Assembly: GCA_964247055.1 (NCBI GenBank) | Contig: OZ176059.1 | Coordinates: forward strand, 1,116,001-1,180,000 | Direction: 5' to 3' | Length of the DNA: 64,000 bases | Source: Paragordius varius | Lineage: Eukaryota; Animalia; Nematomorpha | Part shown: in pieces, positions 54,401-64,000 of the stretch | Numbering within the stretch: the stretch's first letter is position 1 | Layout of the letters: each line of letters opens with the position of its first letter | Position numbers and translations under genes: made by a program | Notes under the pieces: model-generated | Database searches by the model: none | What the model was told of the DNA's origin: nothing | The model's input: only the letters and a program-made list of their open reading frames with translations

Positions 54401-55239
54401 GATATGAAACTTTTTATTCAAAACAAAATTAGATATTTTGGCATGTTTGTAAAATTTCTATTAGGATAGAAGCATAAATTTAAATTGGACCGTTTTTTCG
54501 GTAGTTTTTTAAAAATCCTAACTCAAATTTAGTCTGGGGTATTTAGATACCCCAATTTGAATCGAAGTGTTGATACGTCCAGACCAAACATTTTAAATAA
54601 TAAAATCGTATATAATTATTCATATAGTTTGTTAAAACACACGATTTTGAGCATCCCATATTTAATTAAATTTAATTTCTAACACAACAGATATAGAGGC
54701 TATCTAATCACAATTTACACCGAATGGATTATTTAAGTAGTGTTAATACAGCTTTAATACTATTTAAATTGGATTTTGAACAAGCAATATAGATACGCTT
54801 TCCTAAAAAATAGTTTTTATTTGCCAACTTTCTAACAAATAAAATATGTCAATTTTAAGTTTAAGAAATTGCTAAAATTTCAAATTTTTAAATTCGATTA
54901 AAACTCTATCAAAAAAATTATTTTTGTGAAAATCACGCCAAAAATCTACCAAAAAAGGAAATCATTAATAAACAAATGAAAAATACAAGTTGATTTGTTA
55001 AATTTATATACTACTTATGTTAATATACAGAATATTATTTTTGAAATGCAAAATATAATTATAATATGTTATAATTACATAAAGCATTAGAGAAAAATTT
55101 TATATTTAAATATTAATACTTTGGTAAAAGGTTTCAAGTTTAAGACCGGTTTAATAACACCACTATCACTGCCAGTAGAAACATTGGTGCTACTTACTGA
55201 TGGCGTAATATTTAGCGTGTTGAGATTTGGATTGGACAT
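41134..55239 (-). CDS. ALDH: ALDH1/ALDH2-family protein, 528 aa, 12 exons, predicted catalytically inactive
   Basis: Exons 55239-55120, 53108-53004, 49881-49741, 48907-48820, 48118-48003, 47231-47103, 46202-46089, 45355-45250, 44263-44070, 43160-42996, 41892-41726, 41275-41134; all GT-AG, phases consistent, 1587 nt with no stop. Motifs [51 protein letters not shown]. Confidence 0.93.
42708..42977. mobile_element. Family E MITE in ALDH intron 10
   Basis: TA-CAGTAAAATTTAAATTATACGGAC ... TTTTTACTG. Confidence 0.7.
44355..44722. mobile_element. Family A MITE, right end truncated
   Basis: ATTTGCACTTCAAGAGTGTC left end with family A body. Confidence 0.75.
45405..45582. mobile_element. Palindromic MITE (family K)
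   Basis: ~45-bp near-perfect arms AATGGTTGCTTATTTCACACTATAGTAGGGGGCAATT and its reverse complement. Confidence 0.75.
46219..46730. mobile_element. Family B MITE with expanded 21-bp array
   Basis: About 14-15 tandem AACAATTCAAATTCACCCTTA units at 46225-46535; source of the three spurious ORFs here. Confidence 0.85.
47652..47935. mobile_element. Family B MITE, degenerate
   Basis: CCATTTTACAATTCACC left end, family B body, eroded right end. Confidence 0.7.
49050..49600. repeat. Dispersed repeat family L
   Basis: Inverted homologue of 7060-7400. Confidence 0.65.
49945..50270. mobile_element. Family B MITE nested in a family J MITE
   Basis: Complete TIRs; TATATA on both sides; matching empty site at 50543-50560. 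Confidence 0.88.
50464..50642. mobile_element. Family J palindromic MITE (TA-CAGTAGCGTATG termini)
   Basis: TACAGTAGCGTATGGCATAAAAC ... GTTTTATGCCATACGCAACTGTA; relatives at ~49913-50357 and 50913-51077. Confidence 0.75.
51168..51474. mobile_element. Family B MITE, intact reference copy
   Basis: TATA-CCATTTACAGTTC ... GAACTGTAAATGG-TATA. Confidence 0.88.
51494..51853. mobile_element. hAT-type MITE
   Basis: CAGGGGTGGTGTCCAACAC ... GTGTTGGACATCCCTG; 5' part matches 986-1020. Confidence 0.65.
53175..53418. mobile_element. Family B MITE, degenerate; another decayed copy at ~53530-53730
   Basis: 21-bp units and right terminus AAATGG-TATA. Confidence 0.7.
54225..54575. repeat. Dispersed repeat family G
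   Basis: Inverse of 56285-56640; ends in GGGGTATTTAGATACCCC hairpin followed by AATTTGAATCGAAGTG. Confidence 0.65.
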
Positions 55240-55754
55240 AGCACACAAATTATTTGTTTTTTAATTTTTCACTGGATATCTGTTTGTACCAATATATCAA
55301 AAATTTAAACCATAAAACGTACATAAATTTCAAAAAATAAAAATTTATACTTGTAAGTGAGAATGATTAAATATAAGCCGCGTCTAATTTTAGTGGATGA
55401 GATATGTGTAATTGGGATGACAATGCGAAAATGGGTTATCAATATATTTCATCTAAAAATCTCATATTTCACGTCATGTGTTTGCGCATCACTCCATATA
55501 GCGTATGAGTTGAATAAATTTAAACATTTCTAAATTTTTATCATTGCAACAAATACTTAAACATCTTAAAAACTTTTTATTTTCTATACGAATCAGTTTA
55601 TATTTAGTTTAATTTATTTTTTTTCATTTAACATAAAGAATATAGAATGATACTTTATTTGACTTATACAATTGTTTTGGTTAAATTATCTATTTAAACT
55701 TCATTTAAAATTGAAAATTTTAATAATCGAAATAGAGACGATAATTGGAAAAAA

Positions 55755-56640
55755 CTCTTAATAAAAACGGCCCCAATTTAAACTTATGCTTCTCTCTTAA
55801 CACTTAAATTAATAAGCCAAAATATCTAAATAAAAATTAGTTTTGAACAAAAGATTTCATATCAAACGGCTTCGACATTTTAGATAAAATTTATATTCTG
55901 GTATAAAAACATGTCTGGTCATGACGCTTTTGGTTTTATCCCTTACGATTAATTTTAGAATACTTCGATATAAATTGCGGTATCTGAATACTGCAAACTA
56001 TATCTGATATTTCTAATAAACTACCGAAATAAACGGTCCCCTTTTCATTATTTGAATATAAATTTAGTTTTAAACAGCGAGTCCTATATCAAATTACTTC
56101 GTCGCCATTTTACCTCACGGCATTTTTGCACAATATCATGTTTATTTAATTTTAAAAGTAAAATTAAAGCTAATTTATATTCAAATCACATCTAACATTA
56201 ATAAAAACAGTAAAGGTGGTTTCTTTTGGATTATTTTTATATTTAGCTAATGCACACATATCATATGTTATAAATTCTGACTTAACACTTCGATTCAGGG
56301 TATCTTAATACCCCAGACAAAATTTAAGTTAGTATTTTAAAAAACCACTGAAGGAAACGGTCTTAATTTAAAATTATGCTTCTACCTTAATAAAAATTAT
56401 ATAAATATGCCAAAATATCTAAATAAATTTTTTTTTGAAAAAAATTCCCGCCTCAAACTAATTCGACGCCATTTTTATTTTACAAAATTTTTGGAAAATA
56501 TCGTCTTCATTTAATTGTAAGGGTAAAATTAAAGCTAATTTTTTGTTTAAATTACATCTAACATTGATAGAAATAGAAAAAGCGGTATATTTTGTATTAT
56601 TTTTTAATTTTACCACTTCACACATGTCACGTTGCAGTTT
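55755..56640. repeat. Two tandem family G copies upstream of ALDH
   Basis: AAACGG.CCC.AATTTAAA.TTATGCTTC..CCTTAA and CATCTAACATT.ATA occur twice. Confidence 0.6.
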
Positions 56641-58889
56641 TAGTTTAAAATAAGTAATATCAAGTATTTTTGAATGGTTATTTTTATATATTTTAGTTTA
56701 TTTATGTTATATAAGTGCAAAATTTTGCCATGGTTTTGATTCCTTCCATATTTTTTAAAGTAATTTTAAACAGGCCTGGGGTATCCAACTACCCCAATTT
56801 GAATCAAAGGACTGAAATGAATGTGTTGTATCCAATTGTTAAGGTTTATTCATAAATAATATTAAGTTATTTGAAGGAATATTTATTTTGGACATTAATA
56901 TTATACAATGCCAAACTTTTGCCATGGTTTCAATATCTTTCATTAAAATCCTAATTGGAATCGAAGAACTGAAATGAATGTGTTGCATCAAGTGTTAATT
57001 CCTTCATATCAGAAAATGTCAATGGGTACAATTTGTAATAAATTTTTTGTGTAAAAGCTCTATGCTCATCACTCCAAAAAATATCACTAAAATATATTAT
57101 TAACTATATTTAAAAAGGGATACAATTTTATAATTTATAAGTAGCCTTAAGTCCAATTTTTTTGGCCCTTCCAAAAGGGCTTGTTCTTTTTTAAGATCGA
57201 AAATGCCGAGATCTCATAATAATTTTTTTATTACATGCTAGATTATGGATTGGCTAAAATTAATTTTTGAAAAAACTTATATTTGTTCAAGCGTACTCCA
57301 TACTGTTTTAAGACATGGTGGTAACAAAAAAGCGCTTTACCAAAAAAATTAAGGGCCGCAAAATATATTTATCTTGCCAAGGGCCGTGATTATATACGAC
57401 TGATAAAAACTTCCTAGCTGTTTATCACATTTGCATCCATTACTCAAAATAAGTACACCATAAAATTAAATCCAGGGCCTTCAAAGCATTTTTGGGGCTG
57501 CAGTTTGATTTCCACTGCTTTAAGATGTTAAAAACACTTTTGAAATGCGCTGATGCTGAACATTTTGATCACCTCACAATATTATACGTTTGTCTCAAAA
57601 TTTATGTAAAGTATCATGGAAAATTTAGGCAAATATGATCAAACTTTCGATTTACAATTTTCAGTTGTTAGAGATATTTAGATCATGGATATATCTGAAA
57701 CGTTTTATAGTTACGACCATTTAATACCATAAAACTCGATTTACCAAAATTTTGCCATAAATAAAATTTTTAATATAAATATCCTTTTTTGGAATAAACT
57801 TTTCTCGTAAAAATATTAGCATATACACTGCGCCGAATATGGGAGTTATAAAAAATATTCCGATAATACATACATATATATATATGTATTTATATGTAGT
57901 TTGATTGGAAAATGTATCAAGAGTAACATGATGATTTTGGTTTGGCCCTTACTAGTAAGAATAAACACTTTTGTTAACCGTTCCATATCGGAACATGCTA
58001 TAATTTAATGCATTATAAATTTTTTTCGTGAACAGTAAATGCTTTAATTGAAAAAGTCCTAAATATTGGACCCGTCTATAATAAGCAAGTTAATTCGAAC
58101 GCTAAAATCTGATATTGCGCGATAGAAATATGAAATATTTATGCCAATTAACCAACAATAAAAAAGTTTTATACGAAATATTATACTTTTCCTTTATGGT
58201 GAAACATTGGTAATTTGTAGCATAGTGGAAACGGTATATAAAACTCATAAAAACAATAACTCGATGATGCTGAACATTTCTATCACTTCTGAATTTCGAT
58301 CAAAAGATTTATTTGTTTTTGATTTTATATTATTTACAAGTTGTGTAAGAAAAATCAAAAATTAGTTAAACACAATTTTAAACAAAAACCTGATGTGATA
58401 GAATGTGCATCATCTTTAAATTACATGGAAGTGTTCCGTAATAATTTAAAGTTTTTTTATAGCTTTTCCATCATGCTTAATTATAGTAGGAAATACGTTT
58501 CAATAACTTTTTTAGCAAAATTAAATTTAAAAAAATATGCATTTTATTAGGAAATATATTTTGGATGCCATAATCTAGCGCGTACTAAAATTAAAGGGGC
58601 GCAAATTTTTTTATCTTGTGAGGCTATGCACCATATAATACTGATTAAAACTTCATTGCAATGTGTCAAATTTAAAAATATTTACTTTCAGAATAAGTGC
58701 ATTAAACAATTTATTAGATAATTCCGCTCCATTAAAAAGCACTTTTATCCTGCGGCCCTTGAGCCTTGGTTTGAGTCTCACTCACCTATATATATAGATT
58801 TTTATCGCAATACGTTTATTTATAAAATCTCGTCCATTTTAGACGGGTGAATTATTATTTGCGCGACTTTCGTCGCCCATATCGAAAAA

Positions 58890-60347
58890 TCTATATATTT
58901 ATAAAAATGGAAAATGCTGGCTTTGTGATCTGTTTCCAAAACCGGTAGACCCATTCAAATCCAAATATCGAAAAAATATAATCATAATTCCCCGACAATG
59001 GCTTCGCTCTTTTTTTAATCAGGCCCCCAGTTCGGGCCCACCCCCTGTGAAAAATGGGTTTTTTTGAAAACAGAAGTTCACAAAAATCGTGTCTTTGATA
59101 CAATTTTCCGGAGAACGCGTTGGACCACTTAATTTCAAATATAATATATGTTTAGTTATTTTCGATTGCGCCGAACATAGTCGTCTCGCTTTAATTTAGG
59201 CCCTCTTTTTACCCGCTCCCCCCGTAAAATGCCATTTTTTTCAAAAAACAAAGTGGACAAGAATAATTTTTTGATTCTATTTTTCGCCCAAGGTATGAGA
59301 CCGTAAAAATTCAATAAGGATTCCACTTATTCGCTGTTAAAAAGCAAAAATTTTAGTCAAGCGTTTCTTTGATGATAGTTGCTGAGTAAGGAGCTACTCG
59401 CGAAAAACTGACCCGTCATATCGAAATAGCGTGCTTTTGGGGTTAAGTTTCAGAAAACCTATCAGGCCATATGAGTTCAATATCTGCTTAAAATATTAAC
59501 CGTAACAAGGCAAAAATTTAGATCGTGCGGTTTTTTAAAATTAGCCGTTAATTAGGCCCTTCACGCCCGCGCCACCATAGAATGATTTTAATTTGAAGCA
59601 ATTTTTCCAAAAAATAAGAGCATATGGAACCAATCATGATTCCAGGTATTCTCCGCATAAAGGCAAAAATTTTAATCAAGCGCTTTTTTTGTATCAGCCT
59701 CTGGGTAGGGAGCTACCCGCTAAAAACTGCGCCACTATATAATATTTTGTTTTGGAAATATTTTACAGAAAACTTATGCCATATGAGCTCATTTAAAGTT
59801 CGAAATATTACCCGTAACTAGGTAAAATTAAGGTCAGGCCTTTTTTTATTGGCCGTTAATTTGGGGCCTTTATGCCCTAAAAATACGCCAACACATAACG
59901 ATTATCTAGTGTTGAATTTTTTTTCAAATAACTCATGAGATGATGGTCTCAAAGATGATTCCAATAATTTCCCTGTAAAGGCAAAAAATTTAACTTACCG
60001 TTTTTTACATATAGGCCTATGGGTAGGGGTCTACCGGTTTATAACTGAGACGCCATACAAAAATGGCGTGGCTTTGGAGCTAATTTTCAAAAAACTTAAG
60101 AAGCCATATGAGTTAAATAAAGGTTTATATTACCCATAAAAAGGTAAAATTTATAGTATAGCGGTTTTTTCCGTTAGCCGTCAATTTTTTGCCCCAGTAA
60201 ACAATATATTAATATGAATGCACCGTTTTGAAAATCCTATTAGATCATAGTTATTAAATAATGTTTCAAAATAATCCACATATATGGATCATTTTATTGT
60301 CCCTTTTTTCAAATAGCCCCCCCCCCGCAGCACGAGATTTACACTAG
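58890..60347 (+). mobile_element. Non-autonomous Helitron with internal tandem units
   Basis: A|TCTATATA 5' end and CTAG|T 3' end after a GC-rich stretch; reverse-complement homologue of 20501-22381. Confidence 0.8.
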
Positions 60348-60359
60348 TATATATATATA

Positions 60360-61790
60360 CCATTTTTCATGCAAAAACATCATTTTTTCAAGCAAACGCA
60401 CCATTTTTTCAAGCAAAGGCAACAATTTTTCAAGCAAATGCAACATTTTTTCAAGCAAAGACAACATTTTTTCAAGCAAACGCAACATTTTTTCAAGCAA
60501 ACGCAACATTTTTTCAACCAAATACAACATTTTTTCATCCAAACGCAACATTTTTTCAACCAAAGACAACATTTTTTCAAGCAAAAACAACACTTTTTTT
60601 AACATTACAAAGAATTACTATTTATTGTTAATTATAAATTATTTATTAAATTTTAAGTTAATGTAATTTATTTTTAGCGTTAAATTATGATTTTTATCGT
60701 TTTATCAGCAATATTTGATGGTAAAATTGATTTTCAAACATTTTGATTTTGCCCATAAATTGCCTTATTTATTTATATTAATTATATTTTTCTTTTACAA
60801 TTTTAGTTTCGCCTATAATCAATTTATATAATTTTCACTTCAAGAGTGTCTTTGTAAGTTTAAAGTTGTCCTTCACTTTGTTTTTAACTTTTATTAATTA
60901 AATCGAAAATAATTTATCTATTTTATTGTTTTTAACCTATTTTCTATTATTTAACATAAATTTTAAATCGATATCAACTTTTAATCTTAGAGAAACCGTA
61001 TATTAATTAATAATTTTAGATATTTATAACACGAAAAAAATATATGAGTTTTCTGGGTTATTAGAAATTTTTCATTAAAAACATTAAAAGTTAATAATTT
61101 TGTTCAATTAAAAAAAATATTTTGAAATAAAAAAGTGGTTTTTCAAAAAATTTTAAATGGATAAATACATAATAAATAAAGAAAATTAGGTTAATAAATA
61201 ATAATATTAAAAAATAAATGCAAAAATTAGGGTAAAACAAAATTTATAAATTTTAAGACCAACTTAAAGAGTTCAAGGATCAACTTGAAATGTTCAAGGA
61301 CCAACTTGAAGTGTTCAAGGACACTCTTGAAGTGCAAATTAAATAAATTGATTATAGGCGAAACTAAAATTGTAAAAGAAAAATATAATTAATATAAATA
61401 AATAGGGCAATTTATGGGCAAAATCAAAATGTTTGAAAATCAATTTTACCATCAAATATTGCTGATAAAACGATAAAAATCATAATTTAACGCTAAAAAT
61501 AAATTACATTAACTTAAAATTTAATAAATAATTTATAATTAACAATAAATAGTAATTCTTTGTAATGTTAAAAAAAGTGTTGTTTTTGCTTGAAAAAATG
61601 TTGTCTTTGGTTGAAAAAATGTTGCGTTTGGATGAAAAAATGTTGTATTTGGTTGAAAAAATGTTGCGTTTGCTTGAAAAAATGTTGCGTTTGCTTGAAA
61701 AAATGTTGCGTTTGCTTGAAAAAATGTTGCCTTTGCTTGAAAAAATGTTGCGTTTGCTTGAAAAAATGATGTTTTTGCATGAAAAATGGT
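60360..61790. mobile_element. Family C foldback element with ~470-bp TIRs enclosing a family A MITE
   Basis: TATA-CCATTTTTCATGC ... GCATGAAAAATGG-TATA; arms have 11 (left) and 10 (right) 21-bp CATTTTTTCAAGCAAACGCAA units plus a ~225-bp inner domain that differs at only a couple of positions. Confidence 0.9.
60830..61340. mobile_element. Family A MITE forming the loop of the foldback
   Basis: CACTTCAAGAGTGTC ... GACACTCTTGAAGTGCAAA with family A body. Confidence 0.8.
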
Positions 61791-62078
61791 ATATAACCCT
61801 ATTTTGGGGGTATTTCATAAAGACCAATATTTCTTTATATAATTCACATGATCTAAATAAGGTTTTTTATTTTTTTAATACTCGTAGTATTGAATATGGA
61901 GTGCTAAAATAACAACAAGGGAAATTTTAAAATAATTTTAATTATAAAATCTAATTATCCATAATTTTCATATTAAAAGAAGTCATCTTAAGATTCCAAA
62001 AGTCATATATGTTAAGTGTTATTCAATGTAAATAAAACACAATTTTTGCATTATTTTCAGTATGATGCATTATATTTA

Positions 62079-62255
62079 CAGTATGAGTAAGTATACATTG
62101 ATAGAAAGTTATTAATTATTACCAAATAGTGAATTCAACAAAGGGCAGTATCATTGGGTAATCATAGCAAAAAGTAAATAAAATAACTATAAGCCAATAA
62201 TACTGCCCTTGGCAATAACTAATAACTTTCTAGCAATGTATACTTACTCATACTG
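62079..62255. mobile_element. Family I MITE
   Basis: TA-CAGTATGAGTAAGTATACATTG ... CAATGTATACTTACTCATACTG. Confidence 0.8.
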
Positions 62256-64000
62256 TTTAAAGGTAAAAAAATAAAATAAAGCGCTTGTTCTTACATTTGT
62301 AATTTTGGAATTGAATCATATTGAAAAAAAAATTTTTGCCATGTATGACAAGGGTAAATACCAAATTTCACAGTAAAGGATTAAACTTTTTTACATGAGA
62401 TTGATATTTTATTTTTATTCAAACTTGATTATAAAATATAAACCAATATTGTCACATATGAGCATAGGACATTCTTGGTAGAGTAGATAAGTTAATGTAT
62501 ATATGTTTGATTTGTAACTTATACTTTTGACAATGATCTCACACTTCCAAAATAGCAGTCTATCACAATATTTATTTAATGAAATTGATTCTGTGGGAGA
62601 ATATTAATAATAGTAGTAAGTAGTATTAAATTAATAAACGGATTTTATTTTCCATCCATAGTACATAGATCTGATAGATTTATTGCTTATGTTTTATTTA
62701 TTAATCCTCTTAAAATAACCACTTTTATAACTAATATTGTTATGAGAGATTTTACACCATAAAATCATAATGCTACTTGTTAGTTATTATATATATATTT
62801 AAGATATATATAGCGTTCAAGTATTTATTTTGCTTTAGAAATACATATCGCATTTTTAAATTTATTTTTAAAGTTGATTTTTTTAGGAACAACTTCACAC
62901 GGTGGCAAAAACCAATAAAAAAAGGAGAATTTGGTATAAATTAATTTTTAAATATAATCCACTTAAAATTTGTGAGATGAGTGGATTATACGTACAGTTT
63001 TAAAAGAATATTTATTTCAAGTGCCCACTTTGCATGAATGTAAAAATATAAAATTTATAAAATATATTCTAAAATTATAAACATATAATTCTATAATTTT
63101 GATGGTGTGGTGTGGTGGTGATTTAAAATAATAAAAATGGAAGGAAAAAACTGCATTTTAATTATTTTTAATGTCTCCATATATTAACTCTACAACTGTT
63201 AACACTACCAAAGATTTAGTTAGCAATAATGGTATAAATTTGGTTAGTTTTTTTTCATTACATATGACATCTGTCACTAAATTAAAAGCCCCTATTGTTA
63301 TTATTACTTTTTATTCATGTACACACTAGTATGTGGTGACAAACAACAAATGGTTGAAATCAAACAATTTTTTTCCTATGTTTATACATTAATTTCGTTT
63401 ATTTAATTAGGGATAAACTACATTTTATACCATACGCTACTGTGTGTATATATTGGTGTATGTGTTAGAAACATTATTAATATCGTAAAATAAAAATGTG
63501 TAAAATTTATTGAATGTCTAAGTATTCTGTAAAAATTCTATATAGGTACATCTTAATTATATATATAGATAATTTGAAAGAAAAAAAATAAAGGGTAAAA
63601 TAAAGATACATAAAATAAAAACACATAATCGCCTTTAAAATATTAATTAATTTATTAATTAATATTTATAAATTTTGTACAGCGTAATGATAATCTTGTA
63701 ATTTAATAATCCTGAATTTTTTTATCCTTCTTTCATAATATAACAACTGTTAATATAATTTTTTATGGATATGATGTATCTGAAAGGTATCATATGACTA
63801 ACTTTTTACCATAGCTTATTATTATTACAATAAATTTTACTTATCAAAAATTAATTATCCCAAACAAATAAATTTTTCAGTCACAAATATACTTTAACAT
63901 TATATTTTTCATTATACGTATATAAATTTTTGATATTGTAAAAATTTAACCGTATATATTATAAAATATAACGAAAACTCTATATATACGATACTCAAAT

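Noticed and set aside
57540-58550. Slightly complex sequence upstream of ALDH, including ORF 58341-58550 and a repeated GATGCTGAACATTT
   Set aside because: All frames are broken and no motif could be assigned.
24917-60326. Poly-C/G runs at ~24917, 35880, 39750, 43712, 60317 as a G-quadruplex system
   Set aside because: Isolated homopolymers with no shared context; lengths are unreliable.
60339-61912. LEKMLRL / QHFFKQ / KKCC repeat ORFs, and the arrays as CRISPR-like
   Set aside because: They are TIR tandem repeats of the family C foldback, with no unique spacers and no cas genes, in a eukaryotic context.
63171-63231. Possible plus-strand first exon MSPYINSTTVNTTKDLVSNN
   Set aside because: No convincing downstream exon within the window and no homology evidence.

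Overview
Very AT-rich eukaryotic (invertebrate metazoan-like) genomic DNA with GT-AG spliceosomal introns, read in the standard code; the taxon cannot be fixed from the sequence. I reconstructed four spliced genes by hand with consistent intron phases: (1) a 700-aa class A GPCR (minus, 4 exons) with a ~230-aa ECL2; (2) an NDFIP (Nedd4-family interacting protein; minus, 6 coding exons, one 34-nt intron); (3) a 57-aa COX17-like twin-Cx9C protein (plus, 2 exons) lacking the Cu-binding Cys-Cys pair; (4) a 528-aa, 12-exon ALDH1/2-family protein (minus) with an open frame but Lys at the catalytic Cys position and Thr at the oxyanion Asn. Also present: an LRR ORF, a decayed Kelch (KLHL-like) pseudogene, a full-length frameshifted hAT (Buster/SPIN-like) transposon with a perfect 8-bp TSD, mariner, Gypsy and LINE relics, two non-autonomous Helitrons, a recent ~925-bp direct duplication and many MITEs. 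Three MITE/foldback families share TA-CCATTT termini and 21-bp subterminal arrays with a TTCAA core. No rRNA, tRNA or CRISPR array is supported. All protein assignments rest on motif recognition and need database confirmation.
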